Positions 57,296 to 64,000 of a stretch of 64,000 nt of DNA are shown piece after piece (within the stretch, counting starts at the first letter, position 1; every line of letters begins with the position of its first letter). Position numbers and translations under genes: made by a program. This stretch comes from Bacteroidales bacterium. Lineage in GTDB: Bacteria > Bacteroidota > Bacteroidia > Bacteroidales > UBA12077. The notes under the pieces are model-generated. The model saw only the letters and a list, made by a program, of their open reading frames with translations, was not told the origin of the DNA and did no database searches. Location: contig JAQIBH010000183.1 of assembly GCA_027859205.1 (NCBI GenBank), forward strand, positions 12,627 to 76,626. The letters are read 5' to 3'.

Positions 57296-60200
57296 CTATC
57301 GAATTATAGTTATTGGTCCAGAAATAGGTTCAAAGCCTGATTCATTAAGAATTATTACGTAATAATAAGTTCCGCTCGGAAGTTCCTTTCCATTTTTCGT
57401 ACCATCCCATGATTTAGATGTATCACTATTATCGTATCCTTTTTGTGGTCCAAATACTTTTATTCCCCATCGATTATATACTGTTACAATATTACTTGGG
57501 AATTTATCTATAAAATTAATTTTCCAATAATCATTTCTACCATCTCCATTTGGTGAAAATCCAGTATATGGCGTAATTAGCGGTATAAATTCCAGAAATA
57601 CTTCTGAAGAATCAACACAATTGTCAGTAGATGTTACCACTACACTATAAATTTCCGATTCCTGAGGCTGAATTGTTGGAAATTGTATATTTGAAAGCTC
57701 CGGAGTCCAGGCAAAAGACAGACTTGAAACATCTATGTAATCAGCCACAATAGCTCCTAATTCTCCAGTTGTTGCACCTTTTAAATATATTGTATCTGCT
57801 GTCGAACCTCCATCAAAACCAGGAATAATATCCAATTCAAAATCTGGGAAGTAGTCTATAGTATCAATAGGTGCTGATTCGTAACAAAATGAATTTATGG
57901 CCCTAATTTTCCACAATATAATTTTTTCTTCAATTGAGTGACTTCCATAAAAAGGACTTTCATTAACATCAAAATTCCAAAATTCTGAACTGCCAGTAAG
58001 TGTCTGTGTTTCAATGATTATTGAATCAACAATACTTGCATCTGAATAAGTAGCAGTAAATCGCACATCCTCATTCCAACAAACGGAGTTGTCTTCAAAA
58101 TCAACATCAAAGGATAAAATATCATAACTTGTATCTTCTCCTACTATTGCGCTAAACGTTGTGCTACACGAATTATCATCGGTTACAGTTAAATTATATG
58201 TACCCGACTCTAAATCATTAATTGTGTCATTACCTGAAGTAAAGCCTGAGGGACCTGTCCAAGTATAAAAATAATCAGGTGTTCCTCCACTAACATCAAC
58301 AATAATTCGAGCTGATGAATTATCCGAGTTTCTTGAAACACCATTAATACAAAGTTCATCTCTAATATCAGAATCAATATCAAAGGCTGCGGGCTCACTT
58401 ATATATGCACTATCAACAAGTTCACAACTATCCGGTTGACTAGAATCTGTAATTGTCACGGTATAATATCCTGCCGACTTTCCTGTTATGTTATTTGTTA
58501 TTTCGCCATCTTCCCATATATAAAAATATGGAGATATCCCTCCAGTAGGAGTGGCTGTAGTAGACCCATCTGAATCTCCAATACATGTAGTACCATTAAT
58601 GCCAAATGTTACCGTTAATGACTCGTTCTCTATAATAGATGTATCTTTGGAAACCACACAACCACTATCGTCAGTAACTGTAAAAGTATGTGGATCAAAA
58701 TCACTAATTATAAATGTAGAATCACGTTTATCTGCTCCTCCATCATTAAACCAATAATCTCTTATTCCTCCATTAGCATGCACTGTAATTGAACCCTCTA
58801 AAGGAAGATTACATTCGGATGCATTTACAATGGTAAAATCATTTATTAATAATTCCGAAGGTTCGAAAATTTCTTTTATTGAATCAGCACTAACACATCC
58901 TCCATCATCTCTGACAGAAAGAGTATAAGTTCCTGCGATTAAATCTGTAAATATATTATCTCCGGGAGGTGTATTTAAACCTCCATCAATTTGATACTCA
59001 TATACACCCGACCCTCCACTTGAATAAACCGTTATCTGTCCTGTATTTCCTCCATAACATGAGACATCAATAGTATTAAGGGAGTCAATTACAAGAGGAA
59101 TAGGTCCTGTAACCGAAACTAAGGTATCTAACATTTTAAATCCGCAATCATCTTTTACAAATACAGTAGTGTCACAAATTGATAATCCAGAAAAAGTATT
59201 ACTTAATTGATAACTTATTCCATCTAATGAATATTCCAAAGTGCTTGCACCACCCGATGCCGAAATACTTATTTCACCATCAACGCCTCCACCAGAGCAG
59301 GTAGTTGGAACAACTGTAATAGCATCAATTGATATTGTATCAGGATTTAACATTTCTATAGTATCTCCAAAATGGATACATCCTAAGCTATCTTGAACTG
59401 CAATAATATACTTTCTTTCATCAACTAAATTAAATGTATTACCAGGGCTCCAATTATCAGTACTGTCTATTGAGTATTGATAAGCAGGGGGTATAATTGC
59501 CGGAGTTCCTCCGGAAGCAGCAATTACGATTTGACCATCATCTGCACCATAACAAGTTATATCTGTTACTGTCGTAATAGAGGTTATAGTAGTGGGTGCT
59601 GTTATAATTATAGTTGTATCTAAAGAGCAATTAGCGTCGGAAATTGTAAATATGTACGTTCCTGCTTTTAGAATATCGAAAGTTTCTCCGCTATTTTTAG
59701 CTGGGCCTAAATTTTTATCATGAGTATATGTTAATGCACCTGTTCCTCCTGTAAATTCAAGTGTAACTTCTCCAATTGAATCGCCGAAACAAGAATTATT
59801 TACTAAAGTGCGATTAATTATCACAATTTCAGGTGGTTCCCCAACTGTTATTGAATCAACTGCAATACAGCCATACGAATCTGTTGCCTGTATATAATAT
59901 ACCCCTGAACATAAATCGACGGTATCATTGGTTTCAAACGGTATGCTAAAATCTAGACTATTACTCCATTTAAAAGTAGCAGAAGATCCATAAGTCCCAA
60001 AAGCATTAACTACAGCTGTAGCATCACATGTCCCAAAACAAGATGTATTGAGTCCCATTGGAACTTGATAATCAGTAAAAGCACAACTTGTTGAAGTTGG
60101 GTTTAATATCGGAATATCAATTACATTTGAATTATAATATACTGTTACAGTATCTCCTACTAATGTAGTATCAGTAAAGGATATCGTAACGTTTGTAATT

Positions 60201-63200
60201 TTGGGATCAACTTCACCAACCCAATGAGGATAACAATCACTAATACGTAATGTCCACCCTCCTTGTGCAGGGTCGTAACCAAAAAAATCGCTCCATGATC
60301 CTTGCGGTAAAAAAGAACCAGATAAAGGTATATTCCCAAGACCATCTTCCGCACAAACATCTAAGGTAGTACCTGCGTCCTCATTAAAAGTAAGATTAGA
60401 AACGTCTGGGTTTATATTACAAATATAAAATGGCATGCCATCCATAGGAGATTTATTTAATTCTACAACCTTTAAACCATCCGGACTAACCAAATAGTAC
60501 CCTAAATCTTGAACGAAAGATATTTCAGCAGATATATCTATAGAAATTTTTGTATTGCTCCCAATTACAAAAGGCGAAGGAGCCCCGATAGAAATTTTAA
60601 GCCAATTTATCTCGAGAGTAACCTCACTACTTGTAATATCTACACCACAATTACTATGTACAATACACCTATAATCCCCTGCAAAAGCTGTATCAGCTTG
60701 TAATATTGTTAATATATTCGTTAATGTTCCTAAAATTTGTGCATCATCAGCCAAGTTTGTCCAAACACCACTAGCATCACTCTGCCATTGATAAGTAATT
60801 ACACCAGTACCATTTGCCGTTAACGAAAATATTACATCATCTCTTTCACAAATAGTTTGTGCGTTTGGCTGAAGTGTTATTACTGTTGCTGGATTTACTG
60901 TTAGACTTACTGTAATACTTGTTGGGTCTGGTCCACAACTTCCGCTTACAATGCATTGATAGTTAACTGCATCGGGAGCATCTACATTTGCTATTGTTAA
61001 TGTATTCGTTAATGCTCCACTTATATCGCCTAAATCAACTAAATTTGCCCATGGTCCGCTTGCATCACTTTGCCATTGATATGACAAACTTCCGCCAGTG
61101 GCTGTAATAATAAATATAGCTGGATCTCCTTCACATTCTGTTTGATTAGTTGGTTGAACTGTTATTACTGTTGCTGGATTTACTGTTAAACTTACCGGGT
61201 TGCTCGTTGGGTCCAGCCCACAACCTCCGCTTAAAACGCATTGATAGTTAACCGCATCGGTAGCATCTACATTTGCTATTGTTAATGTATTCGTTAATGC
61301 TCCACTTATATCACCTAAATCAACTAAATTTGCCCATGGTCCGCCTGCATCACTTTGCCATTGATAACTAACTAGTGTTCCGGCTCCTGTTAAGGTAAAT
61401 ACTGCTGCATCTCCTTCACATTCTGTTTGATTGGTTGGTTGAACGGTTATTACTGTTGCTGGGTTTACTGTCAGGCTTACTGAATTACTTGTTGGGTCTG
61501 GCCCACAACTTCCACTTAATACACATTGATAGTTAACTGCATCTGTAGCATCTACATTTGCTATTGTTAATGTATTTGTTAATGCTCCACTTATATCACC
61601 TAAATCAACTAAATTTGCCCATGGTCCGCTTGCATCACTTTGCCATTGATATGACAAACTTCCACCAGTGGCTGTAATATTAAATACAGCTGCATCTCCT
61701 TCGCATTCTGTTTGATTAGTTGGTTGAACTGTTATTACTGTTGCTGGATTTACTGTTAAACTTACCGAGTTGCTCGTTGGGTCTGGCCCACAACTTCCAC
61801 TTAATACACATTGATAGTTAACTGCATCTGTAGCATCTACATTTGCTATTGTTAATGTATTTGTTAATGCTCCACTTATATCGCCTAAATCAACTAAATT
61901 TGCCCATGGTCCGCCTGCATCACTTTGCCATTGATATGACAAACTTCCACCAGTGGCTGTTAAGGTAAATACTGCTGCATCTCCTTCACATTCTGTTTGA
62001 TTGATTGGCTGAACCGTTATTACTGTTGGCGGATTTACTGTCAGGCTTACTGAATTACTCGTTGGGTCTGGTCCACAACTTCCGCTTAATACACATTGAT
62101 AGTTAACTGCATCTGTAGCATCTACATTTGCTATTGTTAATGTATTTGTTAATGCTCCACTTATATCGCCTAAATCAACTAAATTTACCCATGGTCCGCC
62201 TGCGTCACTTTGCCATTGATAACTAACAAGTGTTCCGGTTGATGTTAAGGTAAATACTGCTGCATCTCCTTCACATTCTGTTTGATTGATTGGTTGAACT
62301 GTTATTACAGTTGCTGGATTTACTGTTAGACTTACCGGGTTGCTCGTTGGGTCTGGTCCACAATCTCCACTTACTATACATTGATAGTTAACAACATCTG
62401 TAGCATCTACATTTGCTATTGTTAATGTATTTGTTAACGCTCCACTTATATCACCTACATCAACTAAATTTGCCCATGGTCCGCCTGTATCACTTTGCCA
62501 TTGATAAGTTAAACTTGATCCGGTTGCTGTTAAGGTAAATACTGCTGCATCTCCCTCACATTCTGTTTGATTGGTTGGCTGAACGGTTATTGCTGTTAAT
62601 GGATTGGAAAAAACATCAATATTAGGCCCTTGAAGGATGCATCCATTATTATCTACCACCCAAGTTCGATAAGTATCTTCATATAAAGAGCTAAATAAAC
62701 CTAAAGTATGGACTGTTATTGAATCATCATTACTAACACGCACAACGGCATAATCTAAAACAGGAGTTCCTCCTATTGCATCAATTGTTATCGTTCCTGT
62801 ATTTAGTCCAACACAAGTATTTGTAGACGTGACAGTGTCAACTTCTATTTCAGACGGTCCTGTGTAACCAGAGAAAGGATCCATATAATTATAAGATGCT
62901 ATTGTAATGCACCCTTTAACATCAGTAACAGTACAAGAATATACAAACTGGCTTAAGCCTGTTGCGATTTGAGTAGGTTGAGATCCTGTATTCACATCCC
63001 ACAAATAAGTATAACCACCATACCCTCCATTAGGAACAGCCTTCAGTGCTGCATCGCTCCCATCAAAACAGGTTAAATCGTTTTCAACTTCAATTGTCAT
63101 TGCTAATGCTGCAACAGGTCCACTTATTGTCGCGACACCTGTACCATCATTAGTTTTATCCTTATTATATACCTTAATAATATAATCACCTTCAGGATGA

Positions 63201-64000
63201 CCATCAAATGTATAATTTGTACTATCTGTTGTTTCAACATCAATAAGTACAAAAAATCCGTCACGTAACTCATAAAAATATGGTTCATCTCCGGGGATTA
63301 CTGTATTTATTGTAATATTTACTTTACCGGTATTGTCACCAGAACAAATCACAGAATCTGTGGAAGTTGAAATACTTAATGAAGCCTTTGCACCAGATTT
63401 TGCTAGTTCATTGAATTTTAATCCTCCTGGCTTAAATGTTTTTTCGGTATAGCTCGTTTTAAATAAAATTTTTGAATTTCCAGCATCATAAGTAATGTTA
63501 TCTGTCTCATTAAAATCCCAACTACTAACTGTAATTTCCGATTCTCCCAAATAAATCGCTCTTTCTTTTGAACCAGAGCCAATAAATTCATTTACTGCGA
63601 TGTTATTATCATTTGTAGTAAATGTTCCTGATTTCAAATATATATTTCCGCTGGTAATTAATTCTTCGCTTAATTGATATTCTCCCCCTTTTGCTTCAAT
63701 AATTACATCAGAATTCAATTCTGTGCTAGATAGTATTTTTTGCTCACAAGAAGCCCATAATACGATATCGCCAAAAAATTCATTATTAATATTCTTTTCA
63801 ATAATTAAAGAACCGTAAACTTCAAGTTCTGCTTTGGTGTTTGATTTAAAAAGGAAAGATTTACTTTTAAATGTTGGTTTATAATTATCTACATTCCAAT
63901 TAAAGTCTTTGCATTCAACTACATTTTTGACTATTACAATTTGATTATTCGCAGTAAAAGAATTGTTATCGAAAGTTACATTATCAAGTCTAGTTGGTGT
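57296..64000 (-). CDS. Giant cell-surface adhesin with SprB-type repeats, tandem Ig-like domains, a P-domain-like module and a T9SS type-B (gliding-motility) C-terminal domain; 5' end outside the window
   Basis: The track 'start' at 63718 is an internal TTG. I translated 63719..64000 in frame and found no stop, so at least 2234 aa lie in the window. The C-terminus (YTGFSPNGDGRNDYWKI...VYNRWGIKVF...WDGTKNGKELPSGTYYYVI) is the type-B sorting domain. There are many SprB-like C-x-G-x-x-(D/T)G repeats, 7 Ig-like repeats (..ECEGDAAVFTLTATG..YQWQ..NYQC..), and a P-domain-like segment (YLVSPDG...GGWTLRISD). Confidence 0.9.
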   Translation of the reverse strand, partial: TPTRLDNVTFDNNSFTANNQIVIVKNVVECKDFNWNVDNYKPTFKSKSFLFKSNTKAELEVYGSLIIEKNINNEFFGDIVLWASCEQKILSSTELNSDVIIEAKGGEYQLSEELITSGNIYLKSGTFTTNDNNIAVNEFIGSGSKERAIYLGESEITVSSWDFNETDNITYDAGNSKILFKTSYTEKTFKPGGLKFNELAKSGAKASLSISTSTDSVICSGDNTGKVNITINTVIPGDEPYFYELRDGFFVLIDVETTDSTNYTFDGHPEGDYIIKVYNKDKTNDGTGVATISGPVAALAMTIEVENDLTCFDGSDAALKAVPNGGYGGYTYLWDVNTGSQPTQIATGLSQFVYSCTVTDVKGCITIASYNYMDPFSGYTGPSEIEVDTVTSTNTCVGLNTGTITIDAIGGTPVLDYAVVRVSNDDSITVHTLGLFSSLYEDTYRTWVVDNNGCILQGPNIDVFSNPLTAITVQPTNQTECEGDAAVFTLTATGSSLTYQWQSDTGGPWANLVDVGDISGALTNTLTIANVDATDVVNYQCIVSGDCGPDPTSNPVSLTVNPATVITVQPINQTECEGDAAVFTLTSTGTLVSYQWQSDAGGPWVNLVDLGDISGALTNTLTIANVDATDAVNYQCVLSGSCGPDPTSNSVSLTVNPPTVITVQPINQTECEGDAAVFTLTATGGSLSYQWQSDAGGPWANLVDLGDISGALTNTLTIANVDATDAVNYQCVLSGSCGPDPTSNSVSLTVNPATVITVQPTNQTECEGDAAVFNITATGGSLSYQWQSDASGPWANLVDLGDISGALTNTLTIANVDATDAVNYQCVLSGSCGPDPTSNSVSLTVNPATVITVQPTNQTECEGDAAVFTLTGAGTLVSYQWQSDAGGPWANLVDLGDISGALTNTLTIANVDATDAVNYQCVLSGGCGLDPTSNPVSLTVNPATVITVQPTNQTECEGDPAIFIITATGGSLSYQWQSDASGPWANLVDLGDISGALTNTLTIANVDAPDAVNYQCIVSGSCGPDPTSITVSLTVNPATVITLQPNAQTICERDDVIFSLTANGTGVITYQWQSDASGVWTNLADDAQILGTLTNILTILQADTAFAGDYRCIVHSNCGVDITSSEVTLEINWLKISIGAPSPFVIGSNTKISIDISAEISFVQDLGYYLVSPDGLKVVELNKSPMDGMPFYICNINPDVSNLTFNEDAGTTLDVCAEDGLGNIPLSGSFLPQGSWSDFFGYDPAQGGWTLRISDCYPHWVGEVDPKITNVTISFTDTTLVGDTVTVYYNSNVIDIPILNPTSTSCAFTDYQVPMGLNTSCFGTCDATAVVNAFGTYGSSATFKWSNSLDFSIPFETNDTVDLCSGVYYIQATDSYGCIAVDSITVGEPPEIVIINRTLVNNSCFGDSIGEVTLEFTGGTGALTYTHDKNLGPAKNSGETFDILKAGTYIFTISDANCSLDTTIIITAPTTITSITTVTDITCYGADDGQIVIAASGGTPAIIPPAYQYSIDSTDNWSPGNTFNLVDERKYIIAVQDSLGCIHFGDTIEMLNPDTISIDAITVVPTTCSGGGVDGEISISASGGASTLEYSLDGISYQLSNTFSGLSICDTTVFVKDDCGFKMLDTLVSVTGPIPLVIDSLNTIDVSCYGGNTGQITVYSSGGSGVYEYQIDGGLNTPPGDNIFTDLIAGTYTLSVRDDGGCVSADSIKEIFEPSELLINDFTIVNASECNLPLEGSITVHANGGIRDYWFNDGGADKRDSTFIISDFDPHTFTVTDDSGCVVSKDTSIIENESLTVTFGINGTTCIGDSDGSTTATPTGGISPYFYIWEDGEITNNITGKSAGYYTVTITDSSQPDSCELVDSAYISEPAAFDIDSDIRDELCINGVSRNSDNSSARIIVDVSGGTPDYFYTWTGPSGFTSGNDTINDLESGTYNLTVTDDNSCSTTFSAIVGEDTSYDILSFDVDFEDNSVCWNEDVRFTATYSDASIVDSIIIETQTLTGSSEFWNFDVNESPFYGSHSIEEKIILWKIRAINSFCYESAPIDTIDYFPDFELDIIPGFDGGSTADTIYLKGATTGELGAIVADYIDVSSLSFAWTPELSNIQFPTIQPQESEIYSVVVTSTDNCVDSSEVFLEFIPLITPYTGFSPNGDGRNDYWKINFIDKFPSNIVTVYNRWGIKVFGPQKGYDNSDTSKSWDGTKNGKELPSGTYYYVIILNESGFEPISGPITIIR
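60603..62587 (-). repeat. Tandem array of about 7 x 285-bp (95-aa) Ig-like coding repeats inside the adhesin gene
   Basis: Six near-identical units (62587-60878) plus one divergent unit (60877 to ~60603). The 285-nt unit boundaries fall in frame. Segments 570 nt apart are almost identical; for example, 61141-61200 and 61711-61770 differ at 1 of 60 nt. Confidence 0.9.

Noticed and set aside
60603-62587. Regularly spaced repeats that could be mistaken for a CRISPR array.
   Set aside because: The units are 285 bp, contiguous without spacers, in frame, and encode Ig-like domains of the adhesin. No cas genes are present.
63716-63718. ORF-track start codon of the adhesin, and similar track starts at 19108 and 41796.
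   Set aside because: These are TTG codons inside an open frame. The adhesin frame has no stop up to nt 64000. The permease and czcB both have conventional ATG starts with canonical N-termini at 19099 and 41826.

Overview
This is an AT-rich (by eye, roughly one-third GC) chromosomal segment that looks like Bacteroidota. Evidence: type IX secretion (T9SS) C-terminal sorting domains, a PorP/SprF gene, no Shine-Dalgarno sequences, and repeated TAnnTTTG '-7' promoter boxes 20-40 nt upstream of start codons. The window is densely coding and mostly housekeeping: dnaG, cobB-like sirtuin, ubiX, comF, rnr, ribE, ileS, a dksA-like gene, lspA, lgt, cysH, ispD, asnS and rpoN. Between these lie envelope and sensory genes. 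They include a LytTR regulator tail followed by a propeller/Y_Y_Y-PAS histidine kinase and CreD; a sigma-54 activator/kinase pair divergent from an FtsX/MacB-type permease; a CzcA/CzcB metal-efflux locus; three universal-stress-protein genes; a gingipain-like C25 peptidase; and a giant gliding-type adhesin followed by its PorP/SprF partner. I found no tRNA, rRNA or other structured-RNA gene, no CRISPR array, and no transposase, integrase or phage gene. I also found no recognisable defence or toxin-antitoxin cluster, so I cannot point to a clearly novel multi-gene system. The observations most worth a second look are these. (1) A single 1450-aa ORF fuses a CzcA-type RND pump to a TolC/CzcC-type outer-membrane factor through an internal signal-peptide-like hinge. 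(2) An adhesin of more than 2234 aa runs off the window edge and contains about 7 tandem 285-bp Ig-like repeats, with a translationally coupled PorP/SprF gene. (3) A C25 peptidase carries a CUB-like module. (4) The sigma-54 module has a TTGGCAT-N5-TTGGCAT repeat in its divergent intergenic region. (5) A REP-like 20-bp inverted repeat lies between ribE and ileS. Several ORF-track starts are TTG codons or upstream extensions, and I re-called them.
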